Positions 37,258-48,250 of a DNA stretch of 64,000 nt are shown one piece after another (positions within the stretch are counted from its first letter, which is position 1; every line of letters begins with the position of its first letter). The notes beneath the pieces were generated by a model. That model searched no databases. It was not told the origin of the DNA and saw nothing but the letters and a program-made list of their open reading frames with translations. Source of the DNA: a virus. The translations under genes and the position numbers were made by a program. The stretch lies in IMG/VR virus record IMGVR_UViG_3300030101_003608, positions 32,001 to 96,000 of that record, one strand, 5' to 3'.

Positions 37258-37277
37258 TATAAGAATCTATTGTTAGA

Positions 37278-38897
37278 TTAGAATGATCCTCCAGTAACTG
37301 GGTTTCTCATAACAATCTTCAATACCTTAGTTGGGTCTTTTACCCATACAGCTGGCATTGTTTGAGACATCATTACTCTGTATCCATTGAATTGACCAGA
37401 AGACTGGAATCCTTGGCTACGTCCCATGTAGTCCATTGTACCATTTTGATACCACCACTTAAGTTGATTATCCCAAGATAACTTCAATAAGAAGATGTTA
37501 TCGTTAGTATTATCAGTGATGTCAAAGATAATGAATGAATAAGAAGATAATGGGAATCCATCAATAATTGGGTTCTCAATATCATTAGTATTAACATTAT
37601 CAAATGCTGGGTTAAGTACAAACTTAACGTTAGCTAAGAAAGGAATCACATAAGAAGTGTAAGCAAAACCAAAGTTAAGATCCATTCCTTGACCAGTGAT
37701 TGCACCTATATCAGCAGCTTGAATTACAAGACCTGATGCTACAGCTTCACGTTTGATAGCTTCATTAACCATTCTCATTCCACCCATACCAGTTTGTACA
37801 ATCAATTGTCTACTTGGATCTGGACCTTGGAATTCAACTTTTCCATTAAAGAAGTTATAAATCTCAGAACGGAATAAGTCAAGGTTAAAGTTATTCTTAT
37901 TGTATACTCTTTTGAAAGAGTTATCAAGTTGTTGCCAAAGACCTACAGATAATCTTAAATCATCTGGTCCGTCTTGTCTAACTCTACCACCTTGTCCCCA
38001 CATTAGGTAAGACTCAATATCATTTGATACCTTAGTTAAGTGAGCAGCTTCCATGTTAGTAAGGAAAGATCTAGAAAGATCACCATTATCAAATGCTTTC
38101 TTTACACCATCTTTACCCATTTTTGATACCATATCTTCTAATGAAGTTATAGAACTATCCATGCTATCTCCTGAAGATCTCCAGATCTCAGTTACAGGAA
38201 TAGTACCATCAGCATTCATTCCACCTTTGATCATAAGATCAGCTCTAGAAGAAACTGAGTAGTGAACGTGAGCTTCTGCTCCTCCTACATAGTTGTAGAA
38301 TTCACGGAAACCTGTTCCTGTTGTGATGTCAGAAAATCTTTCACCATACTCACCTCTAGCAGAACCTTTTCTAAAGTATTTAGTTCCATTTGCTAAAAAT
38401 GCAGAATCAAAAGTTGCAGAGTTATTATTATTAACCATCTGAACTGTGTAGATAAACCCATCACCTGTAGGAAGAATATCCTCATCAGTAATGTAAAGTT
38501 CAGCTCCATTGTATTTGTCATAAGTGATGATATCACCATGTCCAAATTCTCTGCAGCTCATCTTGATACGGAAAGTAGTACCATCAGCACCTCTAGTATT
38601 TGCCAAAGTTGGATCAATATCCTCAATTATATAAGGAAGATCTCTTGACACAGGTGTTTGCCACTTATACTCTCCACGAGCATTATCTACTTCAATTACA
38701 TTTTTGCCACCAAAGCTAGACATTTGATAAAGAGGCATTTCAACTTTCTGAGACATTGCCCATAAGTCCACTGGACCTAAATCCATTGGTTCTGCATCCT
38801 TCAACATGTTAACCAGGTGGTAAGAGTCTACGTGTGAACTTGCGCTGTACGCTGTATCCCGTAGAAAGATACCATTGTTTAAAACTGGAGTTGCCAT
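37278..38897 (-). CDS. Major capsid protein (crAss-like), 539 aa
   Basis: Order terminase-portal-acidic protein-this gene; biased codon usage; strong terminator; C-terminal VWVKDPTK motif. Confidence 0.85.
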   Translation of the reverse strand: MATPVLNNGIFLRDTAYSASSHVDSYHLVNMLKDAEPMDLGPVDLWAMSQKVEMPLYQMSSFGGKNVIEVDNARGEYKWQTPVSRDLPYIIEDIDPTLANTRGADGTTFRIKMSCREFGHGDIITYDKYNGAELYITDEDILPTGDGFIYTVQMVNNNNSATFDSAFLANGTKYFRKGSARGEYGERFSDITTGTGFREFYNYVGGAEAHVHYSVSSRADLMIKGGMNADGTIPVTEIWRSSGDSMDSSITSLEDMVSKMGKDGVKKAFDNGDLSRSFLTNMEAAHLTKVSNDIESYLMWGQGGRVRQDGPDDLRLSVGLWQQLDNSFKRVYNKNNFNLDLFRSEIYNFFNGKVEFQGPDPSRQLIVQTGMGGMRMVNEAIKREAVASGLVIQAADIGAITGQGMDLNFGFAYTSYVIPFLANVKFVLNPAFDNVNTNDIENPIIDGFPLSSYSFIIFDITDNTNDNIFLLKLSWDNQLKWWYQNGTMDYMGRSQGFQSSGQFNGYRVMMSQTMPAVWVKDPTKVLKIVMRNPVTGGSF

Positions 38898-38925
38898 TTA
38901 TTATTTGTTTTTATTGTTTACTAAT

Positions 38926-40227
38926 TTAAAATCTTTTGAACATATTGTTCTTTCTTTGTACTGTTGGTTGTTTTCTTGTTGTCCCTTTTCTCTTAGCATT
39001 GCCAGAAGCTTGTGCTTGAGATGAAGAACTAATTTTCTTAGACTGTGCAGTTTTCAGTTTTCTTACTGTATCTGCAACAGCTTCTTGACTACCAAGACTT
39101 TTAACTTTGTTTTTATATCCGTCTGGATCTGAAAGTAACCAAAGTGCTTCTGCAATAAGGTCATGTCTTGGTTCTACAAACTGATATTTTTCAAGAAGAT
39201 GCCCTAATAAATTTGTAGGCTTTCCTGATATAGAAGGATAATTAGGTTGTACTAATCCAGAGTATAAATGATTTTGTAGCTTTCTATCTAATTTAATGTC
39301 TCCTAATTTGCCTTGTGAAAGTGTAGTATATACATTATCCATATACTGTGCAGCAGCTTGTTCTTGTTGAACTTTCTTTTGCTCTTGTTCAGCTAACTTA
39401 TTAGCAACCATCTTCTCTTGCATTTTATCAAGCTTTGGTTTAAACTGTTTAGCTTTTTTCTCTAGCCTCTCAATATCTGCCCAATCTTGTATTTCTGCTT
39501 CTATTTCTTCTGCTGTACCAAAATTAGTTGCTGTAAGATATTGTCTTGCAATCTCTGCTTGATGATTTTCATTTTCTGGATCTAGTTGTATAACTTCTTC
39601 AACATGTGATAAAGTTCTAAACAATCCTTTCATGTCTGTACCACCATCTGCAACATATTTAGCAGCTACTTGAAGTTCAGAAGGCAATGAATTAAAAAAT
39701 TCTTTTGGAGTATTTTCTCTAATTTGAGCTTCTCTTTCTTGAAAGTTAGCTTCAAACAGTTCTCTAAAATCTTTAGTAGTGTATTCTTCAATAGGCTTAT
39801 CATCATCAAAGCCAAAAAGAGTACCCTCTTCAATCATTTTATGAGCTAAATCAACTAGACCACTTTTATCAGTTTTACGTCTACCTGGTTTAGTTTCTCC
39901 TACTTCCTCTTCAGTAATTGCATCATCTAGTTCAGCTAGTGCTTCATCAACCAGTTCCTTTTTTTGTTCAGGCGTTGCTGGTTGCTCTGTCTCTGCACCT
40001 ACTTCTTCAGTTGTAGTTTCAGTCTTGTCAATGAACGTTGTGTCAAGTTCTTCTGGTTTAGAGAAGATGTTTGACTTTTTTTCTTGTGGTTCCGGTTCAA
40101 CTTCTTCTGCTGGTAACATTATACTCTCAGCGCCTGGTTGACCAAAAATCTCATCAAGGTTTACATCTACTTCCTCTACCGTTGTAGAGTCTTGTACTTG
40201 AGTTTCCTCATTTAATTCTTCTGCCAT
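38926..40227 (-). CDS. Acidic scaffold-like protein, 433 aa
   Basis: Very acidic N-half, coiled coil, basic C-tail; between portal and MCP. Confidence 0.6.
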   Translation of the reverse strand: MAEELNEETQVQDSTTVEEVDVNLDEIFGQPGAESIMLPAEEVEPEPQEKKSNIFSKPEELDTTFIDKTETTTEEVGAETEQPATPEQKKELVDEALAELDDAITEEEVGETKPGRRKTDKSGLVDLAHKMIEEGTLFGFDDDKPIEEYTTKDFRELFEANFQEREAQIRENTPKEFFNSLPSELQVAAKYVADGGTDMKGLFRTLSHVEEVIQLDPENENHQAEIARQYLTATNFGTAEEIEAEIQDWADIERLEKKAKQFKPKLDKMQEKMVANKLAEQEQKKVQQEQAAAQYMDNVYTTLSQGKLGDIKLDRKLQNHLYSGLVQPNYPSISGKPTNLLGHLLEKYQFVEPRHDLIAEALWLLSDPDGYKNKVKSLGSQEAVADTVRKLKTAQSKKISSSSQAQASGNAKRKGTTRKQPTVQRKNNMFKRF

Positions 40228-40325
40228 TTGTTAGTTTTTGTTGGTTATTACTTTAATATACTAAAATAAATCTTAAAAATTTAAAATTACGGTAAAAATT
40301 TATACATTTTTTTCCCATTATATAG

Positions 40326-40598
40326 CTATTTTAGTTTTTTAAATATTTTTTCAAGCTGTTTTATGTAAAATTCTCTTTCTTCAGATCTTACTAATGAAAC
40401 CTCTTTTATAAAGTTTTCTCTTTCAGCATGACATTGTGTTAAAAATTGTTCTCTTTCCTTATGCCATGTCTCTCTTTCTCTTGTAGATCTTTCGGATATT
40501 TCTTCAATTTTTCTAAGAAGCCATCTTTCTCTAGTAATAGCATATAAAACCCAGATACCAAGTACCCCATATTGTGTTAATATTTCAAAGGCATCCAT
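40326..40598 (-). CDS. Single-TM holin-like (BhlA/UviB-like) membrane protein, 90 aa
   Basis: LTQYGVLGIWVLYAI hydrophobic helix followed by a charged coiled coil. Confidence 0.45.
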   Translation of the reverse strand: MDAFEILTQYGVLGIWVLYAITRERWLLRKIEEISERSTRERETWHKEREQFLTQCHAERENFIKEVSLVRSEEREFYIKQLEKIFKKLK

Positions 40599-43357
40599 TA
40601 CTTCTTATTCTTTTTAGGAGTTTTGACATCATACTTGTTTTTATTCTCTCTAGCTATTTGCAATTGTTTATCAGCTACTTCTCTTTGAGCTTGAATTCTT
40701 TGTTCTTCAATGCTCATTTTTTGAGAATGCTTAACCATATCATCACTAAGCTTTTGTCTTTGTATATTAGTTTGTTGAGTATATTGTTCACTTTTTCTAA
40801 TCTCTGACATAGCATCTCTATAGTCATTCATTTGATTTTTGTCTATATCTACCATAGAACCATAACCAGCAGCTCTAATTTCTGCAATAAGAATATCTTT
40901 TTGTCTTTCTTTTTCTGCCTCTGCTGCTTCAGCATCAAGCTTAGTTTGTTGCATCTGTTGTTGAGCTTGAGTTTGCTGTTGCTGCATTTGCTGCGCCTGT
41001 TGCATTTCCTCTTGTTTTTGTTTCTCTTGTTTATCCTGACTATCTTTTAATACATGAGATAGTTCAGCTACGGAATCAGATTGAATGATTTGACCTAAGT
41101 CATAAATGCTAGCACCTGTAGTATTATTATTCATAGCTAACTGTTTTAATTGTTCTAATACAGCTCTGTGATTAGCGGTAGTTGTGCAAAAGATATTTAG
41201 CTCTCTTAATAACATTTCTGTACCTTCTATTTCAAAGTTTACTTTTTCTTCTTTATTTGTAAGATATGTAAGTCTTTTTGAAGGATTATTGCTATGATAA
41301 TACTGGGCAAGATCTGTTCTCATTTGATGTACTCTTGGCATTAAGTAATCAGAATGTTGAATAAAATACATTTCAGTTTGCGCATATGATGCATTAGCGG
41401 CTTGCTCTACTCCTGTTGCAGTCATTTGAGATAACTGTTGTCCCATTCTTTGCGGGTTAACTCCAATTGTTTCATAAGCTTGTTGCTTAAAGTAATTAGA
41501 TAACTGAATTCTAGACATAAGTCTATTAGTCTGTTCTAAGTCAAGCTTTTGAAAATGCTGGAAGTTTAATGCATTCTCCGTATTTGTAATAGAAGTATCT
41601 AAAGGTAACATTTGGAAATCCTTCATAGCTACATAAGCTTTTGCTAGATTACCTTTACCCCAATCTTCTCCTAATGAATGTTTAGGAAGTGTGTTTTGAT
41701 CAAGCATTATGACTGTACCTAATTCATCTACCAGTATATCTGCTATTTGATTATTTACTAAGTTATATCCAATTTGAAAAGGTTTCATTAAGTCAATTAA
41801 TGATGTTGACTTAGTATTTCTATCTGAGAATACAGCTCCTTCTACAGGGAGCTTACAACCGTATAAATTATCATCACCTTTAAATTGAAACTTAAGTGGG
41901 CCAGGAGTCTTTTTATCTATTCCTACATAAATAGGAGTAAAGCCATTATTAATATCCATACCATAATAACTTGGAATATTTGGTCCTATTTTTACACCAC
42001 CCCAAACTTGATTAATCCATATCCACTCAATATGTTCACCAAAAAGTAAATTGTCTTTATTTTTATTTTTAAACAATCTATTATCATAAAGAGGTTTATC
42101 CATTACTTTGTAATCCTCTGTTACTATATCTGTAAACACATTTCCTACTTCATCTATCTTTGTAAGATGACCAAGTTTTCTTTGAGACTTCCAGTAAGCA
42201 GTTGTAACTCTAATTAAATTATTTTGATTATAGATATTATTATTGTAACCTTCTCCTTCTGATAAGATTTGATTTACTATATCTCCGTTAGTTGTTTGAT
42301 CATTAGCTAAAGCTGTAGTATACTGTCTCATTGCTAATGAAGGCATTTCTGTATTCCACTTATGCGATCTGCTTGCATCATAAAAAGTTCCATCATTCTG
42401 GTAACCTCCCATTGCATAAGTTGCTGATTGAATAGGATAAGCTGCTTCTAAAGATGCTAATTGCTTTTCTGACATTAAATACCCATACTGATCTATTACA
42501 TCAGATGGAGTTAACATATCAGTTTTACCAACCCAGTTAGATTGAGAAATATATCTTGCTTGAGGCGATTTATGATAAAATGTTAATACAGGATTCCAAA
42601 GTTCTACATCATAGTCATCCTCCATCATTCTCATATGCCAGAACTCTCTATCTGTAATAAGCATATCTCTGAAAGCTCTTTCTTCTAACTCATCCATTCT
42701 ATATCTTTCTGCGTCCACACTATGCTGATGTGTTGCCCACTGTTCTAACATAGATCTATAATCTTTCTTAAAAAAAGATTCTATCTCAGGTAAAGTTTTA
42801 ATATTTTCAGGATTAAGTTGTTTTTGAGCTTCTTCAGATTGTGGGTCTAAACCTTGTTCAATTAACGCAGCAATAATTTTTTCTTCTGCATCAGACATCA
42901 AAGTTTCTTCTACCATCTTTCTTTTTTCTTCCATGAGCTCATTATAAGAATGCTCATCAACAGCTCTATAGGTAAGTTTAGTAGATCTTTTTGCAAACTC
43001 TGCAGTCAATACATTTATTACATTGGGTATAATAGGATAGAATTTAAGTTCTAATGCAGCATCTTCATCTCTGTTTGCTATCATATCTACTATGTCTGCA
43101 TACTCATTATCTTCTTCTACAATATAATCCGATTTATCAATTATACCTTTTGCAAGTTTATAATTTTTCATTAGTCTTCTAGAGTTTCTTCGGATTTGTT
43201 TAAGACCTTCCCACTCTAACCAATCTAAATTCCAAGCAGCCCATTCTTCATTTTTTTTCTTATTGGGTAAGAACTGAAGAGGTTGAGTAATAGCACCCAT
43301 TCTATTTCTTTCAACCTTTGCTCCTTTTTTTAATTGAAGTGCATTATATACCTGCAT
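40598..43357 (-). CDS. Portal protein, 919 aa
   Basis: Directly after terminase; YPIIPNVINVL.AEF.KR; Q-rich C-terminal coiled-coil barrel typical of podoviral portals. Confidence 0.85.
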   Translation of the reverse strand: MQVYNALQLKKGAKVERNRMGAITQPLQFLPNKKKNEEWAAWNLDWLEWEGLKQIRRNSRRLMKNYKLAKGIIDKSDYIVEEDNEYADIVDMIANRDEDAALELKFYPIIPNVINVLTAEFAKRSTKLTYRAVDEHSYNELMEEKRKMVEETLMSDAEEKIIAALIEQGLDPQSEEAQKQLNPENIKTLPEIESFFKKDYRSMLEQWATHQHSVDAERYRMDELEERAFRDMLITDREFWHMRMMEDDYDVELWNPVLTFYHKSPQARYISQSNWVGKTDMLTPSDVIDQYGYLMSEKQLASLEAAYPIQSATYAMGGYQNDGTFYDASRSHKWNTEMPSLAMRQYTTALANDQTTNGDIVNQILSEGEGYNNNIYNQNNLIRVTTAYWKSQRKLGHLTKIDEVGNVFTDIVTEDYKVMDKPLYDNRLFKNKNKDNLLFGEHIEWIWINQVWGGVKIGPNIPSYYGMDINNGFTPIYVGIDKKTPGPLKFQFKGDDNLYGCKLPVEGAVFSDRNTKSTSLIDLMKPFQIGYNLVNNQIADILVDELGTVIMLDQNTLPKHSLGEDWGKGNLAKAYVAMKDFQMLPLDTSITNTENALNFQHFQKLDLEQTNRLMSRIQLSNYFKQQAYETIGVNPQRMGQQLSQMTATGVEQAANASYAQTEMYFIQHSDYLMPRVHQMRTDLAQYYHSNNPSKRLTYLTNKEEKVNFEIEGTEMLLRELNIFCTTTANHRAVLEQLKQLAMNNNTTGASIYDLGQIIQSDSVAELSHVLKDSQDKQEKQKQEEMQQAQQMQQQQTQAQQQMQQTKLDAEAAEAEKERQKDILIAEIRAAGYGSMVDIDKNQMNDYRDAMSEIRKSEQYTQQTNIQRQKLSDDMVKHSQKMSIEEQRIQAQREVADKQLQIARENKNKYDVKTPKKNKK

Positions 43358-43362
43358 AGTTT

Positions 43363-45579
43363 TTATTTAATATTTTTAAAGGCAGATCTTTTTATAGATT
43401 TGCCATTTATTTTCTTTCTTTTTCTACCCATATGTCTGAACGGACTACTATTTAATTTAAACAAATTTTCTGACTTTTGCAACTTTTTGGCTGCATCATC
43501 TCTTATGATTTGCTTAGTGTAACCTCTATTAGATTCTTGTATTCTCATAAAAGATACAAGTGCTACAAATGATACTAATCTATCCACATTGACTCCGTCT
43601 GCATATTCTTGCATTTCTTTTATAAGCATTGGATCTGGAATTCTTTCTATTCCATAAGTTGTTTTGAGAACAGTTCCATCTTCTGCTGTTTCTTGATCAA
43701 GCTCTTCTCTTACAAACTCTATCCCATAACTTAACAAGTGTGACTTAAATAATGTTCCTGTATTTTTCCATCCATATTCTTGGAATACATTCTTATTAGC
43801 ACCTAAGTCTTTTAAAAACATTATTTGACTTTTAGGTACAAGATACTTTTGCTTCTTTCTGCTTATCATGTAGTTAATAAATAATGATATGTTATTCTCT
43901 ATTACTGTCCACGCATTATACCATTCTATTATAAGCTCTAATCTTTGGTGTGTTTGCTTTATGTCATCAAACCTTCCGCACCAAGCAGCTACAATCTTAC
44001 TTTGTTCAATATAAGTTTCTGTTTCAGTACCGGTTACTTTAGTAACCTCTATAGAGTTTTTCATTACATATATAGAACATAGTGAATCAGATGTTGTAGT
44101 TTTACCTTCAGCTACAGGGTCAATAGAAGCATAGTAGGTTCCAAAGTCTGGTTTTTCTTTATTTGGTCTTTCCCATACCACCAAACAGCCTGTTTTGTCT
44201 TCAGTCTTTTTATTTACAGGAAAATCTTTTATAGGTTGTTTGTTACTTTTTACAACGCTAGGTTTACCATTAGCATCTGCAGATATATCTAGAAACTCAT
44301 AGCCATATTCTTTTTCTTCTATTCTTCTTGCTTGTGCAGAAAGAAGATGTGTAGGAAATACAGAAACAGATCTATTATCAAACGCTTCTTTAATATTTCT
44401 TGGATGCTGAGATATTCTCAATTGATAATCTTCTGGAGCTAGATCTCTTTTCCAATCATCAAATTGTTTTTGTAAAGCTGCAGTAGCTTCTTCTACTTTA
44501 GAATTACCATACTCATCTATGTGCGGAGGCATTGACCATTGTTCAGGAATAAATAAACCTGACATACCTTCAGTACCTTTATGATCAATCAAATTAGTTT
44601 CTACAGCATAAACATCTTTAGAAGTTGGATTAAGTATCATATCCTTAAGTGGATTACATTGTGACAAATCACCCACAGATCCTGCTGCTATAAATAATCC
44701 AGTAGTAGTAAGCCCTGATCTCATTGCTGGTCTCATATACTCATATGTCTTATCCATCTTAGGTGCAATTCCTGCCTCCTCATGAAAGAAGTATTTAACT
44801 GGACCCCCTACACCATTTGTTGGATCTTTCTCAAATGACATGCCTTGTATAGTTCCTTTAAGCCCTACTTCTGTTTTTCTGTTACCTTTCCTAACTTCAA
44901 TCTTTTGTTGCCACATCATTACCTTACTAGGATTCATTGGTCTATACCATGCAGTATGTTCATTTAAGAATGCAGCATACTCATCTAAGAACTTCCAAGA
45001 TCCTTTCTCATTGATGTAATCTTTAAGACTAGCGCCTATTTTTAATGTTACCCCCGATTCAAACCATTGCTGATTTATAAGCTTTGCCATATGATAATAA
45101 GAAGAAGCTATCTGACGTTTCTTTAATATAGCAACATGTTTATAATTTAACTCTGCTAGTACTTCATATAATGCCATGTGATATTGAGCATCTCTAATAT
45201 CAGCAAATCCAAATCTTTGTATTTCTTTATTAAAGATTGGTAAAAAGTTTAGCCACATATAATAGTCTCTAGCTATGTACCAAGTTTTATCTTTTGTTTT
45301 AAATATTACTCCTTTTCTACATTTCTTTTTTTCACTTTCCCAGTAATTAATAAAATCTCTTGATTTAAATGGAGCTGCACAATAAAATCCTTGTTTGTTA
45401 AATCTACTAGCTTCTGCATTAAATTCTGCAGAAGTTTTATCAAAGTCATACTGACCAGGTTCTTTAAATAAATCTCTTACATAAGTAGCAAAGTCTTCTC
45501 TACTGTCAAAGTCTGTACTGGTCCATGTACCATTGTCCCATGTAGGAATATCCTGATATATCTCTGTATCATTGGTCAT
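43363..45579 (-). CDS. terL: Terminase large subunit, 738 aa
   Basis: Walker A-like KKRQIASSY, Walker B YFFHEEAG, RNase H-like nuclease YASIDPV...DSLCS...DRL. Confidence 0.92.
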   Translation of the reverse strand: MTNDTEIYQDIPTWDNGTWTSTDFDSREDFATYVRDLFKEPGQYDFDKTSAEFNAEASRFNKQGFYCAAPFKSRDFINYWESEKKKCRKGVIFKTKDKTWYIARDYYMWLNFLPIFNKEIQRFGFADIRDAQYHMALYEVLAELNYKHVAILKKRQIASSYYHMAKLINQQWFESGVTLKIGASLKDYINEKGSWKFLDEYAAFLNEHTAWYRPMNPSKVMMWQQKIEVRKGNRKTEVGLKGTIQGMSFEKDPTNGVGGPVKYFFHEEAGIAPKMDKTYEYMRPAMRSGLTTTGLFIAAGSVGDLSQCNPLKDMILNPTSKDVYAVETNLIDHKGTEGMSGLFIPEQWSMPPHIDEYGNSKVEEATAALQKQFDDWKRDLAPEDYQLRISQHPRNIKEAFDNRSVSVFPTHLLSAQARRIEEKEYGYEFLDISADANGKPSVVKSNKQPIKDFPVNKKTEDKTGCLVVWERPNKEKPDFGTYYASIDPVAEGKTTTSDSLCSIYVMKNSIEVTKVTGTETETYIEQSKIVAAWCGRFDDIKQTHQRLELIIEWYNAWTVIENNISLFINYMISRKKQKYLVPKSQIMFLKDLGANKNVFQEYGWKNTGTLFKSHLLSYGIEFVREELDQETAEDGTVLKTTYGIERIPDPMLIKEMQEYADGVNVDRLVSFVALVSFMRIQESNRGYTKQIIRDDAAKKLQKSENLFKLNSSPFRHMGRKRKKINGKSIKRSAFKNIK

Positions 45580-46084
45580 ATCCTAGTCCTATTCCTCCCC
45601 TTACATTACTTTGCTGTTCTTCTTGAAGATCCTTATATGCACCTTTAAACGATTCTCTAATTTGTTGATATTTAGCTGCAGCATTAACTAAAGAATTTAT
45701 ATTACCATCTCTACCATGTTCAATTGGTGTAGTTTGCATGTACCTGCCTAATCTATCTAACATAGCGGCAATACCTTTATATGCTCTAGATGTTGGCGTT
45801 TCATACATCTTTTCACAAAATTTTAATGCTAAGTATATATCATCATCTTCTGTAGAAAACTCACCATCCACTTCCTTCATTATAACTTCTTCTTTTTCAT
45901 GCTCAGGAGTATGAAAGAATGGATTCATGTCAGGATTAGGACAAGTCATATAAAAAAGATACTGATAAATTTTAAGGTGGTCATCGGGATAGTTATTCAT
46001 TATATCTTTAAGAGACTTTAATGTATAACAGTGTTCTGTTGGCACAACTTTGCCATTTTGTATATCAAACAGTTTTGCAATCAT
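45569..46084 (-). CDS. Protein upstream of terL (terminase small subunit candidate), 171 aa
   Basis: Overlaps terL start; helical C-terminus ending VRGG. Confidence 0.45.
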   Translation of the reverse strand: MIAKLFDIQNGKVVPTEHCYTLKSLKDIMNNYPDDHLKIYQYLFYMTCPNPDMNPFFHTPEHEKEEVIMKEVDGEFSTEDDDIYLALKFCEKMYETPTSRAYKGIAAMLDRLGRYMQTTPIEHGRDGNINSLVNAAAKYQQIRESFKGAYKDLQEEQQSNVRGGIGLGYDQ

Positions 46085-46917
46085 TTCTTTTTAAATTTAG
46101 ACGTATTATCTTTTAAATAGTGTATTATAGAGATAACCTCATCTTTTAAATATGGCACAGGTATTTGTACTACTTCTTTTACAACAGGGTCACCTTTATC
46201 TGTATATTTATGAATAGGATAACCATACTCATCTTTTCCTTCTTCCTCAAATTGAACATGATAAATAAACATATTACCAGGTCTAAGTTTAGGATTGTGT
46301 TTTAATATAATATACATATAAATGCTGAGTTGTAAAGCATAATGATTAAAATTACAATCATCTAAATGAGATACAGGAAACTTCATTTTTTGTGAAATAC
46401 CCTCCCAATCTTTCCAGGATTGCATTTTAATTTCTTTATTTGTTTTATAGTCTATTATAGAAACCTTTCCGTTTACAACTTCTACTAAATCTGATTGACC
46501 ACATATACCCGCTGACTTTAAATAAACCATGTGTTCTGGATAAACACCTGGATCTAGTTTTTGATTTGGCGCAAGTTTAACACCTTCAGATTTTATTATA
46601 GGTGCAAATACAGGAACTGTTAAACCTTCTCGTTCAATTGAAGCCAAAGAGCACAAATCATCTTCTCTTTGATTATGATAAAACGTTCCTAAACTCATAG
46701 CTCTTTCAGATTCTTTTTTCCAAACCTCTTGTATCTGCTTTGGTTTCATACCAAACCATTTTGAGTTTTTTCTTTTACAAACTTTTTGTGCTACTTTTTT
46801 TGCATCAAAAGGTTCTTTAAAATAAGATGTTAATGTTGTTACACTAATCCAATCAATAAAACCATCTTTATTTGTAGACTTATAGCTATGGTCTTTTTCT
46901 GTAAATACTATACTCAT
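46081..46917 (-). CDS. PD-(D/E)XK exonuclease, 278 aa
   Basis: SVTTL, GTFYH, GQSDLV, IIDYKT, HYALQLSIY motifs. Confidence 0.85.
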   Translation of the reverse strand: MSIVFTEKDHSYKSTNKDGFIDWISVTTLTSYFKEPFDAKKVAQKVCKRKNSKWFGMKPKQIQEVWKKESERAMSLGTFYHNQREDDLCSLASIEREGLTVPVFAPIIKSEGVKLAPNQKLDPGVYPEHMVYLKSAGICGQSDLVEVVNGKVSIIDYKTNKEIKMQSWKDWEGISQKMKFPVSHLDDCNFNHYALQLSIYMYIILKHNPKLRPGNMFIYHVQFEEEGKDEYGYPIHKYTDKGDPVVKEVVQIPVPYLKDEVISIIHYLKDNTSKFKKK

Positions 46918-47210
46918 AATTCTCCTAATTTATCTTCTTCTTCTAATGTCATTAATGCAGGCCACTCTCCTATTGGACAGTGCGATGATAAAGCTCTTGT
47001 TTTAAATGCAAGCGAGCATCCGCAATTACCACAGCAAGGTTGTGTACCAGGAACTTCACACTTAGAACCTTTTAAATCTATTTCTAAACACTCTTTGCAG
47101 ATAGCCATTCTTTTCATAGATACTTTTTCTACAAAGTCATCTCTCATTACTGAGTTTTTAATTCCTTCATAAATCTGTTTTCTATTTTTCCATATTTTTT
47201 TTAGATTCAT
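46914..47210 (-). CDS. Zn-finger protein (DUF6171-like), 98 aa
   Basis: R..IC..C ... CGNCGC...K......CP..W. Confidence 0.7.
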   Translation of the reverse strand: MNLKKIWKNRKQIYEGIKNSVMRDDFVEKVSMKRMAICKECLEIDLKGSKCEVPGTQPCCGNCGCSLAFKTRALSSHCPIGEWPALMTLEEEDKLGEL

Positions 47211-47565
47211 TTTTTCTTTTTAAAAATTCTTCTTTTCTTTTCTTTTCAGTTTCAATCTGTTCTTTTATTGAACATAGATACTCTAGTTTTTCTTCTAGCA
47301 TTTTTTTATTATAATAAGCTGAGTAAGTAGATGTATCATGATTTTTTAAATACTTTTTGCATCTCGGTATAGCTCTGTTTACTGATCTTTTTTTAGCTGT
47401 AAAAATACCAAGTCCTGTTACATTTATTCTAGGATGGTAAAGTTCACTCAATAATGTTCTAACATTTCTATAGTAAAACTCTACTGCTGTTTCCACTAAA
47501 GCTTTTGATATATCTTTAGTTTCTGCTATTTCTTGATATAAATCTTTTGATTTTTTAGGTTTCAT
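47182..47565 (-). CDS. HU/IHF-like DNA-binding protein, 127 aa
   Basis: KDLYQEIAE...SKALVE..V...INVTGLGIF. Confidence 0.65.
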   Translation of the reverse strand: MKPKKSKDLYQEIAETKDISKALVETAVEFYYRNVRTLLSELYHPRINVTGLGIFTAKKRSVNRAIPRCKKYLKNHDTSTYSAYYNKKMLEEKLEYLCSIKEQIETEKKRKEEFLKRKNESKKNMEK

Positions 47566-47921
47566 TTAGCAAGAAATTTAAAATCTAACATTACTGTACC
47601 TAAAGTTTCTATATTTAACTTTTCATTAAGTTTAATCAATTTCTTATTTTTAGAATCTTTAAGAATAAGGTTAGATTTAATGCATTTATTAATACAATTT
47701 CTTACAGTTTGTTGAGATTTAAAAATCTTATGCTCTTCAGCAGCATCATAACAAAAATGAGTTAACTCTAATGGACCTAAAAGACTAAGTAATGTTAAAC
47801 ATTCAAGATCTGAGTTACTCACCGTTATTTTGTTAAGATAACAGTGAGTAATCAATTGAAACTTAATAATGTCTTTTTTTGACATTACTACTTTTTTTTG
47901 AACTTGTTTAACAACAGCCAT
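47562..47921 (-). CDS. Putative winged-HTH protein, 119 aa
   Basis: KSQQTVRNCINKC.K.NLI.K pattern. Confidence 0.45.
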   Translation of the reverse strand: MAVVKQVQKKVVMSKKDIIKFQLITHCYLNKITVSNSDLECLTLLSLLGPLELTHFCYDAAEEHKIFKSQQTVRNCINKCIKSNLILKDSKNKKLIKLNEKLNIETLGTVMLDFKFLAK

Positions 47922-48190
47922 TATACTTCTTGTTTTTTCAAAGTTCTCTTTTTACTCGTTTTTGGTTTAGCCTCTGGTTCAGGCATTGAGTCTTCTTCTG
48001 ATGGATTCATCATCATAGCATATTGCATTTGAATTTGAGTTCTTTTAAATCTCATTTCATCAATTTCAGCAAGCTTTGTTTCATAATTTAATTGTGCATC
48101 AAGATAAGGCATTGATTCCTTATAAAAAGTTAGCATTTCTTCTTTTCTTTGCGCAAGTTCTTCAGGTGATAAATTTTCTGGATTTTCCAT
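47921..48190 (-). CDS. Hypothetical protein, 89 aa (start revised to ATG at 48190)
   Basis: The track's TTG start lies inside the TATATTTG promoter element. Confidence 0.7.
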   Translation of the reverse strand: MENPENLSPEELAQRKEEMLTFYKESMPYLDAQLNYETKLAEIDEMRFKRTQIQMQYAMMMNPSEEDSMPEPEAKPKTSKKRTLKKQEV

Positions 48191-48250
48191 TGGTTTGTTT
48201 TTAAATTTACCCAAATATACAAATAAAGTTTAAACTACAGAAGTTTAAAT

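Noticed and set aside
37278-38897. GG dipeptides in MCP (MIKGG, TGMGG) and in tail proteins as members of the GG signal
   Set aside because: Isolated, within presumably folded regions and lacking the LPKAQ or basic context; they show background matches exist, so enrichment needs formal testing
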